A DNA stretch of 64,000 bases, from positions 1,303 to 65,302 of the forward strand of contig JADFUW010000002.1 in NCBI GenBank assembly GCA_015222205.1. The letters run 5' to 3'. Of the stretch, positions 18,820 to 27,087 are shown in pieces; the stretch's first letter is position 1; each line of letters opens with the position of its first letter. This stretch comes from Chloroflexota bacterium (GTDB taxonomy: Bacteria > Chloroflexota > Dehalococcoidia > Dehalococcoidales > UBA5760). The notes under the pieces were generated by a model. The model was not told the origin of the DNA, did not search any database, and saw nothing but the letters and a program-made list of their open reading frames with translations. Made by a program: the position numbers and the translations under genes.

Positions 18820-18931
18820 CCCTGTCGATACAAACCTAGTAATCGGTGCTCATACTAACCCTCACGTTCTTTTTTATCTGTATTAGGGGGAGAGGGGATA
18901 GGTACTGGCAGAGACGAACGGAGGCAATATC

Positions 18932-21389
18932 TTGGCACTAAATGTTAAGCCTCTGCGCCGGATTCTTGAGCTTGAGCATAAGAAGGGTTACCCGGACTCA
19001 GCCGTAATTGGGGGTCTGGATAGATTCCTCCATCAGTGGGTAAGTCAAGCTATAGAGTCGATAACTAACCCTAAACTCTTAAGTCACTTTCATAAACTCA
19101 ACCTGGTTAACTCTAACTATGCCTCTTTAACCACAGAGCAGCGTCGGCAGTGGGCTGAGGATATGCTTGGCTTTTTGGGTGAGCTAGAACACCAGGGTGG
19201 AGAGAGCACCACAGCTAAATTGATGTCTCCAGCTAGCCCATCAGTGCCAGTACCAAGGAAGTCGAAAGCCACTCCTAGCCAGTCTGTAAACTTGCCCATT
19301 ACGGCTATCAAAGGTATCAGCCCCAACCTAGCTAATAAGTTTAGTAAGTTGGGGGTGAAGACGATTCGGGACTTGCTCTACTTCTTCCCCCACCGCCACC
19401 TTGACTATAGTCAGAGAAAGTATATCTCCCAGCTTGCTGAGGGCGAGGAGGAAACGATAATTGCCAATGTGTGGCAGGCTCAGGAGGTCAGGCTGGGGGG
19501 TCGGCGCAGTACCGAGGCTATTGTCGGTGACGAAACGGGTAATGTCAGGGTAGTATGGTTTAACAACCCTTATCTGGCTAAAAAATTGACCACTAATACA
19601 AGAGTAGTTGTCAGTGGCCGGGTTGGCTTGTTTAACGGCCGGCATGTATTCCAGTCTCCAGAGTGGGAGTTGGTCGGGGATGAGGACCTGATTCACACCG
19701 GGCGTTTGGTTCCCCTCTATCCTCTTACTCAAGGACTGCGCCCACGCCAGGTAAGAAAACTGATGAAAGGGGTTATTGACCAGTGGGCGTGGCAGGTGAC
19801 AGATTTCTTACCCCCAGAGGTGAAAAAACGGCAGAGCCTTCTGGAGCTATCTCAGGCGATATGCCAGGCTCACTATCCCGATGATGAAGCCCTTAAGACT
19901 CAAGCCAGAATTCGGCTGGCTTTTGATGAGCTGTTTCTTCTCCAGCTGGGTGTGCTCAGCAGGAAGCATGACTGGCAGTATAGTCAGCCGGGTAATCCGT
20001 TTAGTGTCCAGGGGATGCTTATGGATACCTTTCTAGAGTCCCTGCCCTTTGAGCTGACCCCGGCTCAGCAAAAGGTACTCGGGGAGCTACTGGCTGACCT
20101 GCAGAAGTCGCAGCCAATGTCCCGGTTACTACAGGGGGAGGTGGGCAGTGGTAAGACAGTAGTGGCTACGGCGTTACTGCTTATGGCGGTGGCTAATGGT
20201 TATCAGGGGGCCTTTATGGCGCCTACCGAAATTCTGGCAGAGCAGCACTTTACCACTATCTGTCAACTCCTGTCCCGACTAGGGCATAAAGATAGTGGGG
20301 AAGATTGTCTCCATAGTTATTCCGGGTTTCTGTCTCATCCGGTTACGGTGGCGCTACTTATTGGTGATATTAACCTCAAAAGTAAGCAGAAACTAAAGCA
20401 GCACATTTTAGATGGCGATATAGGTGTTATTATTGGAACTCACGCCCTCATTCAGAAAGGGGTAGAATTTCACAAATTGGGGCTGGTGGTGATAGATGAG
20501 CAACACCGGTTTGGTGTTACTCAGCGCTCAGCACTCCGGCAAAAGGGGTTTAATCCTCATGTACTGGTGATGACGGCAACACCTATCCCGCGTACCCTAG
20601 CCCTGACACTATACGGAGACCTTGACCTCTCGGTTATTGACCAGTTGCCGCCGGGGAGACAGGTGGTGAAGACAAAGTGGCTTAAACCAGGGCAGAGAAA
20701 TAGCGGCTATGCCTTTTTGCATCGTCAGGTGGCTCAAGGCCATCAGGCATTTATTATCTGCCCTCTGGTTGAGGAGTCAGAGGTGATTCAGGCCAGGGCA
20801 GCGGTTGCTGAATATGAGCGTTTATCTAGAGAAGTCTTTCCTAACTTGAGGTTAGGCTTGCTCCACGGACGCATGACGGCGGCGGATAAAGATAAGGTAA
20901 TGCGTCGGTTTCGCTCTGGCGAGCTGGATATTCTGGTTTCCACTCCAGTAGTTGAGGTGGGTATAGATGTGCCCAACGCTACGGTAATGATGGTGGAGAG
21001 CGCTGACCGTTTTGGTCTGTCGCAACTACATCAGTTTCGGGGCCGGGTGGGACGGGGCCCGGAGCAAAGCTACTGCATGCTGCTTGCCCAGAACCCATCC
21101 GAGGTGGGGTAGAGAGCGGCTTGACATAATAGAAAAGTTTCACGATGGCTTTCAACTGGCTGAGGAAGACCTGAAGCTGCGGGGTCCGGGTGAATTCTTT
21201 GGCACGAGGCAGAGTGGACTGCCCGACCTCAAGATGGCTAAGCTCTCTGATGTCACCCTGCTGGAACTGGCACGTAGTGAAGCGATAAAGGTCTTTGAGG
21301 TAGACCCCCGTTTAGAAAAGCCGGAGCATAAGCTTCTGGCTAAAGAGCTAGCCTGGGTCTGGACAGCCGAGGGTGGTGAGTGGAGCTAG
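18932..21389 (+). CDS. recG: ATP-dependent DNA helicase RecG, reading frame broken by an apparent 1-nt insertion in a G4 run (21106-21109)
   Basis: Track ORFs 18932-21112 (helicase motifs GEVGSGKT, DEQHRFG, QLHQFRGRVGRG) and 21012-21389 (ERLDIIEKFHDGFQLAEEDLKLRGPGEFFGTRQSG, the RecG C-terminus) are consecutive parts of one RecG. Deleting one G from GTGGGGT restores ...SEVGRERLDII.... Confidence 0.9.
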
Positions 21390-21456
21390 ATACCTCATGG
21401 GTCAAATCCTGACCGAGACAGGCAAGAGTGCAGATTATCCTCTCTTGCTAGCTTTG

Positions 21457-21465
21457 TGCTATAAT
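21457..21465 (+). promoter_or_regulatory. extended -10 element TGCTATAAT upstream of argS
   Basis: TGnTATAAT match ~35 nt before the argS start. No good -35 at proper spacing. Confidence 0.35.
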
Positions 21466-21497
21466 TTGGGCATACAGGAGGCTAAGGCGGGATATTA

Positions 21498-23159
21498 GTG
21501 ATTAAACAGAAGTTAGTAGAGCTGCTGACTCAGGCGGCAAGCGAGGCCCAACAGCAGGGCAGGCTGCCGTCAGTCGTTTTGCCTCAGGTTACAGTAGAGC
21601 ATCCCCAGAATCCAGAATACGGGGACTATGCCTCAAGCCTGCCCCTGAAATTAGCCCGGGCAACCGGTGTTAAGCCTCTGGCTATTGCCGAGAGTATAGC
21701 CGGACTTATCATACCCGGCCCGGAGATTGACACTATTACGGTAGCACCGCCCGGTTTTATCAATTTCACCCTTAAGAGCGATTGGTTAACCAGGCAGGTA
21801 GATGAGGCCCTTGAAGCTGGCGATTCTTATGGCAATATTGACCTGGGACAGGGCAGCCGGGTACAGATAGAGTTTGTTAGTGTTAATCCCACCGGGCCGC
21901 TTCATGTCGGGCATGGCCGCGGGGCTATTCTGGGTAGTACTTTAGCCAATATACTCACGGCTACTGGCTATAATGTGGAGAAGGAATACTATATTAACAA
22001 CGCTGGTAGCCAGATAACCGCCTTTTATCGTTCCCTATATGCCCGTTATCAGCAGTGTTTGGGTATTAGTGCCGAGGTACCTGCTGATGGCTACCTGGGT
22101 AGCTATATGGTTGACCTGGCTAAGGAGATTATCGCCGAGGAGGGGGACAGGTTTCTGGCTCTAGCCGAACCAGAAGCAGTGCTAAGCTTGGGTAAGCTTG
22201 GGCTGGACAAGATGATAGCGCAGATCAGGGCTGACCTTGAGCTATTAGGGGTAGTTTTTGATGTCTGGTTCAGTGAGCAAAGCCTTTACGATAATGGTCA
22301 GTATCAGAAGGCAATGTCGCTGCTGCGTGAGGGGAGCTATATTGGCGACAAGGAAGGGGCTACCTGGTTTATGTCTACTGCCCTGGGTGAGGATAAAGAT
22401 AATGTGGTGGTGCGGGGTGATGGTTCTCCCACCTACTTTGCGGCTGATATTGCCTATCACTACAATAAGTTTGTTGAGCGCCATTTTGATAGGGTGATTA
22501 ATATTTGGGGGGCTGACCACCAGGGGCATGTATCTCGCATGAAAGCCGTGGTCGGTGCCTTTGGTATTGCCCCAGAGCAGCTTCAGGTGATAATTTCTCA
22601 GCTGGTTACCCTGCGCCGCGGTGAGGAACTGGTTCGTGTTTCCAAACGCAGTGGTGACATCATTACCCTGCGTGAGGTAGTTGATGAGGTGGGGGCTGAT
22701 GCCTGCCGCTTTTTCTTTCTGTCCCGCTCGGCGGATAGTCAGATGGACTTTGACCTGGAGTTAGCTAAGAAGCAATCAGAGGACAATCCTGTTTACTATG
22801 TTCAGTATGCCCATGCCCGTATTGCTAGCATCCTTCGCCTGGCTAAAGAAAGGGGGATTGACTTTGGGGATGGAGATGTTTCTTTACTAACTACTGAGCC
22901 TGAGCTGAGCCTGATAAGGAAGATGCTACTTTTACCGGAGATAATTGAGGTAGTGGCTGGTACACTGGAACCCCATCATCTTGCCTATTATGCTCAGGAT
23001 TTGGCTACTATATTTCATAGCTTTTACACGCAGTGTCGTGTTGTTTCTCAAGATGACGAGATACTAACCAAAGCCCGTCTCAAACTGGTGGCGGCGGCCA
23101 AGCTGGTGCTGGCTAAGACCCTTTATCTTATGGGGATGACAGCCCCAGAGACAATGTGA
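21498..23159 (+). CDS. argS: arginine--tRNA ligase
   Basis: 553 aa. [14 protein letters not shown] (HIGH region), the class I aaRS layout and the C-terminal DALR-type anticodon-binding pattern are present. Confidence 0.96.
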   Translation: MIKQKLVELLTQAASEAQQQGRLPSVVLPQVTVEHPQNPEYGDYASSLPLKLARATGVKPLAIAESIAGLIIPGPEIDTITVAPPGFINFTLKSDWLTRQVDEALEAGDSYGNIDLGQGSRVQIEFVSVNPTGPLHVGHGRGAILGSTLANILTATGYNVEKEYYINNAGSQITAFYRSLYARYQQCLGISAEVPADGYLGSYMVDLAKEIIAEEGDRFLALAEPEAVLSLGKLGLDKMIAQIRADLELLGVVFDVWFSEQSLYDNGQYQKAMSLLREGSYIGDKEGATWFMSTALGEDKDNVVVRGDGSPTYFAADIAYHYNKFVERHFDRVINIWGADHQGHVSRMKAVVGAFGIAPEQLQVIISQLVTLRRGEELVRVSKRSGDIITLREVVDEVGADACRFFFLSRSADSQMDFDLELAKKQSEDNPVYYVQYAHARIASILRLAKERGIDFGDGDVSLLTTEPELSLIRKMLLLPEIIEVVAGTLEPHHLAYYAQDLATIFHSFYTQCRVVSQDDEILTKARLKLVAAAKLVLAKTLYLMGMTAPETM

Positions 23160-23268
23160 GGGTATAGTAGCCGTCAGGTTTAAAGCCATTGCTTTAATTG
23201 GGGTAGGCTATTACTAATTAACTATCTGCCAGGGGTGAGTTGAACATGATTAAGGAGGAACTTTAGGG

Positions 23269-24243
23269 ATGAAAAACCGTGTTTTTTCTGGGGCTCGTCC
23301 TACCGGCCGGCAGCACTTGGGCAACTACCTGGGTGCCATACAGAATTATGTGAACCTTCAGGACGAGTATGACTGCATTTATTGTATTGTTGATATCCAT
23401 GCCCTGACCACGCTGGATGATACCAGTTCGTTGCAAAAGAATATCCATGAGATGATGCTCGACTGGCTAGCGGCTGGCCTTGACCCCAGAAAAAGCATCC
23501 TTTTTGTTCAGTCTCATGTGCCTGAGGTTACAGAACTGCATACCCTGCTTAGTATGGTTACCCCATTGAGCTGGCTGTTACGGGTACCTACCTTCAAAGA
23601 AAAGGTAAAGCTTCAACCTCAGAATGTAAACTATGGGTTGGTTGGCTATCCCGTTCTGATGACGGCTGACATTGTGCTTTATAAGGCTGGGGTTGTACCC
23701 GTTGGTGAAGACCAGTTACCCCATCTGGAGTTAGCCAGGGAGATTGCCCGCCGTTTCAATAACCTGTTTGGTGATACCTTTCCGGAGCCTGAAGCCAAGC
23801 TTACCACCTTTCCCTTGATACTGGGGCTGGATGGTAAGGAGAAGATGAGTAAGCAACTGGATAATGATATTGAATTAGCCCTCTCCGATGAGGAGACAGC
23901 AGCCCGGGTAATGGAGGCAGTTACTGACCCGGCGCGCCGCTATCGCAGTGACCCGGGGCATCCTAAGATATGTAATATTTTTCGGCTTCACGGATATTTT
24001 AATCCATTCCAGTCAGATAATTTAGCCGAGCAGTGTCGCTCAGCCGAGATTGGCTGCGTTGATTGCAAGAAGGCTCTGGCGCAGGAGATTAATTCTACGC
24101 TTAAATCCTTCCGGGAACGTCGGGCAAAACTGGCTGAGAAACCAGAGTATATCGTTAATGTTCTTGCTGACGGTGCTTCCCGCGCCCGAGTTATTGCCCG
24201 GGAAACCATAAAAGAGGTTAAGCAAAATATGAGGCTTCTCTAG
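23269..24243 (+). CDS. trpS: tryptophan--tRNA ligase
   Basis: 324 aa. SGARPTGRQHLGNYLGA (HIGH-like) and KMSKQ (KMSKS) motifs are present. Confidence 0.96.
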   Translation: MKNRVFSGARPTGRQHLGNYLGAIQNYVNLQDEYDCIYCIVDIHALTTLDDTSSLQKNIHEMMLDWLAAGLDPRKSILFVQSHVPEVTELHTLLSMVTPLSWLLRVPTFKEKVKLQPQNVNYGLVGYPVLMTADIVLYKAGVVPVGEDQLPHLELAREIARRFNNLFGDTFPEPEAKLTTFPLILGLDGKEKMSKQLDNDIELALSDEETAARVMEAVTDPARRYRSDPGHPKICNIFRLHGYFNPFQSDNLAEQCRSAEIGCVDCKKALAQEINSTLKSFRERRAKLAEKPEYIVNVLADGASRARVIARETIKEVKQNMRLL

Positions 24244-24265
24244 ATTTCAGCTACCTAGTACGATA

Positions 24266-24349
24266 TTTGGGGGCTTTGCCCCTCTTAAAATAAATCTCCC
24301 CCTTCCCCTTATTAAGGGGAAGGGGGATACAGGGGATAGGGTTAATAGA
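24266..24349. repeat. composite palindromic intergenic repeat, copy C
   Basis: Small hairpin GGGGC-TTT-GCCCC followed by TCTTAAAA. Then a perfect 15-bp inverted repeat TCCCCCTTCCCCTTA / TAAGGGGAAGGGGGA centred at 24312. Tail ACAGGGGATAGGGTTAAT. Lies between convergent trpS and the aminotransferase. Confidence 0.8.
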
Positions 24350-24362
24350 TTAGTCTTTCGGC

Positions 24363-25535
24363 CTAAGCTACTCGGTGTTTATCTAAAAATCGTTTTATTC
24401 GGGACAGTGCCTCTTCAATTTCAGCCATTGATGTAGCATAACAGGCACGGACATATCCGTCGCCCTGCTCTCCAAAGGCTGTGCCCGGGACCACGGCTAC
24501 CTTTTCCTCCATGATGAGCTTTTCCACAAAGTCCTCTGAGGTCATACCGGTGCTCTTTATTGACGGGAAGGCATAGAATGCTCCATGAGGTTCAAAGCAT
24601 GATAGACCAAGCTCGTTGAATCCCTTGACTATTACCCGGCGTCGGCGGTCATATTCAGCACGCATCTCCTCACCATCGGCATCGCCGGTTTTTAGTGCCT
24701 CTATGGCGGCTACCTGTCCCATTGTTGGTACGCACATAATAGTGTACTGGTGAATCTTGGTCATCGAGGCAATAATTTCTTTATTAGCTGCGGCGTAGCC
24801 AACACGCCACCCGGTCATGGCAAAATACTTGGAGAACCCGCCCAGGAAGATAGTGTTATCCTTCATCTCAGGCAGAGCCGCTATACAGGTGTGTTCCACG
24901 CCATAGACTAGCTTGGCGTAGATTTCATCAGAGATTATCAGTAGCCCATGATGCCGGGCCATCTCAGCTATCTCGGCCAGTTTATGTCTGGGCATTACGG
25001 CGCCGGTGGGGTTGGCGGGGTAGCCAATGAGAATGGCCTTAGTCTTGTCTGTGATTCGTTCTTCAATATCGGCGGCACTGAGTTCAAAGTTATTCTCCTC
25101 ATTGGTGGGTATCATAACTGGTGTGCCGCCAGCCATGATTATAGAGGGGACATAGGAGACATAGCATGGGTCGTGGGTAATGACCTCGTCGCCGGGGTCA
25201 AGGATTGCCCTCATGGCTAGGTCTAATGCTTCACTGACGCCCACTGTTATCAGAAGTTCGCCGTTAGGGTCATACTCTACATTATAATTATCATTCAAGT
25301 AGCGTGATAGCTCCTGACGCAGTTCGGGCATTCCTGAATTTGAGGTATAACTGGTTTTGCCCTTTTCTAGTGAGCGAATAGCTGCCTCAGTAAGATGCTG
25401 TGGGGTGGAGAAATCAGGCTCGCCCACCCCGAGTGAAATGGAGCCTTCCATGCCGGCTAACAGGTCAAAGAACCTTCGTATTCCTGAAGGCGATATCTGG
25501 TTTACTTTTTGTGAGGTAAGACTGCGAGTTTTCAT
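24363..25535 (-). CDS. pyridoxal-phosphate-dependent aminotransferase, class I/II (aspartate aminotransferase-like)
   Basis: 390 aa. GVGEPDF, NPTG and the SKYFAMTGWRVGY PLP-lysine motif are present. Confidence 0.9.
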   Translation of the reverse strand: MKTRSLTSQKVNQISPSGIRRFFDLLAGMEGSISLGVGEPDFSTPQHLTEAAIRSLEKGKTSYTSNSGMPELRQELSRYLNDNYNVEYDPNGELLITVGVSEALDLAMRAILDPGDEVITHDPCYVSYVPSIIMAGGTPVMIPTNEENNFELSAADIEERITDKTKAILIGYPANPTGAVMPRHKLAEIAEMARHHGLLIISDEIYAKLVYGVEHTCIAALPEMKDNTIFLGGFSKYFAMTGWRVGYAAANKEIIASMTKIHQYTIMCVPTMGQVAAIEALKTGDADGEEMRAEYDRRRRVIVKGFNELGLSCFEPHGAFYAFPSIKSTGMTSEDFVEKLIMEEKVAVVPGTAFGEQGDGYVRACYATSMAEIEEALSRIKRFLDKHRVA

Positions 25536-25609
25536 GTACTCCTCCTAGTGTTTATTGATATAAAGTTATACTCGTCATAGCCTGGGGTATTGCTGGCTGC
25601 TATCTGGGT

Positions 25610-25840
25610 TCAGTTATACCGTAGCTCAATTAGAGACCACTGCTTTTCAATTTCATTATAGCAAAGATTGAACAGCCTGTCATCCTTGGTTCTGACCTGA
25701 AAGCATCTTTTTTCCGGCTCCTGCCAGGTCTTTTCTACTTTATCAACTTCGTATTCTATGCCCTGCCATGCAAAAGACCTTGGCTCTTCGGCATAGGTAT
25801 ACCCTGAGTAGCAGCTAACTTTAAGATTATTCACCCCCAT
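25610..25840 (-). CDS. small hypothetical protein (76 aa)
   Basis: ORF with a plausible beta-rich sequence (PRSFAWQGIEYEVDKVEKTWQ..CFQVRTKDDRLFNLCY). No family confidently recognised. Coding status is uncertain. Confidence 0.4.
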   Translation of the reverse strand: MGVNNLKVSCYSGYTYAEEPRSFAWQGIEYEVDKVEKTWQEPEKRCFQVRTKDDRLFNLCYNEIEKQWSLIELRYN

Positions 25841-25963
25841 CCCCCTTTAGGGTTTTTATTGGGTAACTCTCCCCCTTGTGTTCCCCCTCCCTTGATAAGG
25901 GAGGGGGAAGTAGTTATATAAGGGAGGCGAAGCCTCCCTTCAACTCTCTTTAATAAAGAGTCT
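25841..25963. repeat. composite palindromic intergenic repeat, copy D (inverted orientation relative to A-C)
   Basis: 13-bp inverted repeat TTCCCCCTCCCTT-GAT-AAGGGAGGGGGAA (25881-25909). 8-bp hairpin AGGGAGGC-GAA-GCCTCCCT (25921-25939). 6-bp hairpin CTCTTT-AAT-AAAGAG (25946-25960). The reverse complement aligns with copy B, including the tail AAGGGGGAGAGTTACCCAAT. Confidence 0.8.
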
Positions 25964-25974
25964 GGCATTACCCC

Positions 25975-26003
25975 TTGACAAAAATAGGGTTAAATGTTAT
26001 AGT
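25975..26003 (+). promoter_or_regulatory. near-consensus sigma70-type promoter (TTGACA-17 nt-TATAGT with TG) pointing antisense into CDS 26118-26870
   Basis: TTGACA at 25975-25980, a 17-nt spacer ending TGT, and TATAGT at 25998-26003. A second CTTGACAAAA box lies at 26018-26027. No plus-strand ORF follows. Confidence 0.35.
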
Positions 26004-26117
26004 ATGGACGGTTAGGTCTTGACAAAAGGCAACTAAGCGTATATCGTACAAAAGAGAACATAAATTAAGTTATTTATAAAGTAGGCTGATGTTTATGATT
26101 TGCCAAGATTGGCATCC

Positions 26118-26870
26118 TTAAGTAAGTGGTTCAAAGTCGTTCCATCTCTGTTTCCATTTATCGAATCGGGGATGTTCCTTTAAGCTATTAAGTTTTTGCT
26201 TAGCTTCCTCGCGGTCTTTAGATCCTATACGAGGAAGTACATAACGAGAGAAGTAAATTGTTTCTTCTGTTGATTGTGACTCGTGAAGAGGCATTTCGCT
26301 TTTATGTTTTTTTAACAATTCTTCTAGTTCATGACCCACCTTGTAGGCTAAGTTTGTATCACCTAAGTCATGCCTCTCTGACAATGCCATTAAGTAGTTG
26401 TTAAGTGCCATTCCTTTTAATTCCCAATGGGTCTTTTCGTCAATTTCTCTAGCATAATTTACTGCCTTCTCTGCTTCGGTAACCGCATAGTCAATAAGGT
26501 AGGTGGCCGTCTTATCATGTTCATAGAGGCGACCCCACAACGGTGCGACTTTCATGTGTAGGGTGCTAAAGAAGTCGTTCTTACACTCTTCAATAGCACC
26601 GCTAAGTTCAGCCCTGAGATCACGTAATAGCATATTTCGAAGAGCCCAGCCAAGTATAGCTATTAGTACTGCCGTAAGGACAGTCAAAACTGCTATCACA
26701 ATCAAAATCACATCACGTAGAACATTATAGGCATCCTCCCCACTAGTGAGCAGAATTGGATGTTGTGAAAAATACAAATACGCAAAAAAGCCTGCTAATC
26801 CACCAAATATAACTACTAAAAGAATTAGTAAGGGCGGTAGTAATGACAGCCTCCTCGTTCTCATCGTCAT
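26118..26870 (-). CDS. hypothetical membrane protein (two N-terminal TM helices + helical soluble domain)
   Basis: 250-aa ORF, AT-rich, SD AAGGAGG before the ATG. Helices LSLLPPLLILLVVIFGGLAGFFAYLYF and VILIVIAVLTVLTAVLIAILGWAL. No family recognised. Confidence 0.6.
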   Translation of the reverse strand: MTMRTRRLSLLPPLLILLVVIFGGLAGFFAYLYFSQHPILLTSGEDAYNVLRDVILIVIAVLTVLTAVLIAILGWALRNMLLRDLRAELSGAIEECKNDFFSTLHMKVAPLWGRLYEHDKTATYLIDYAVTEAEKAVNYAREIDEKTHWELKGMALNNYLMALSERHDLGDTNLAYKVGHELEELLKKHKSEMPLHESQSTEETIYFSRYVLPRIGSKDREEAKQKLNSLKEHPRFDKWKQRWNDFEPLT

Positions 26871-26894
26871 CCTCCTTATCCTGTTTTTAATAAT

Positions 26895-26942
26895 TTATAT
26901 CTCCGGTCTCCTCTTATGCCACTCGGTTGCCTGCTGGTAGGC
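26895..26942 (-). pseudogene. orphan second copy of the gatA 3' end (15 codons + stop)
   Basis: The minus strand encodes [15 protein letters not shown], identical to the gatA C-terminus (27088-27135). 5 of 48 nt differ and all are silent (including TAG vs TAA). Confidence 0.85.
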
Positions 26943-26975
26943 GATTTTCATTTTTCACCTTTTACCAAGTAACTA

Positions 26976-27004
26976 TTGACAAATGTCTGATTATCTGATA
27001 GTCT
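26976..27004 (+). promoter_or_regulatory. promoter-like element (TTGACA-17 nt-TAGTCT)
   Basis: TTGACA at 26976-26981, a 17-nt spacer, and a weak -10 TAGTCT at 26999-27004. It lies ~30 nt upstream of the terminator hairpin. Confidence 0.25.
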
Positions 27005-27030
27005 TAAGGCTAGAATCACGACGAAAAGCA

Positions 27031-27069
27031 CCCTGTGAGGTTCCGTCCTTACAGGGGGTTTTTCTTTTT
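27031..27069. terminator. bidirectional intrinsic terminator (gatCA on minus strand; strong U-tract on plus strand)
   Basis: 10-bp stem CCCTGTGAGG / CCTTACAGGG with a 6-nt loop. It is followed by GGTTTTTCTTTTT on the plus strand. On the minus strand the hairpin is followed by TGCTTTTCG. Confidence 0.7.
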
Positions 27070-27087
27070 ATACTCCAATTTTCCACT

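Noticed and set aside
21012-21389. 125-aa ORF as a separate gene
   Set aside because: It is the C-terminal part of RecG, displaced by a 1-nt frameshift. It is merged into the recG call.
21390-23268. T-box leaders upstream of argS and trpS
   Set aside because: The intergenic regions are ~110 nt each, too short for a T-box. No T-box sequence (AAUNNGGUGGNACCGCG-like) was seen.
786-25963. Palindromic repeats as a CRISPR array or integron attC sites
   Set aside because: The copies are kilobases apart, not regularly spaced, and occur in both orientations, and there are no cas genes. That rules out CRISPR. For attC, I could not find the R''/R' core sites (RYYYAAC / GTTRRRY) at the ends, and no intI integrase is present.
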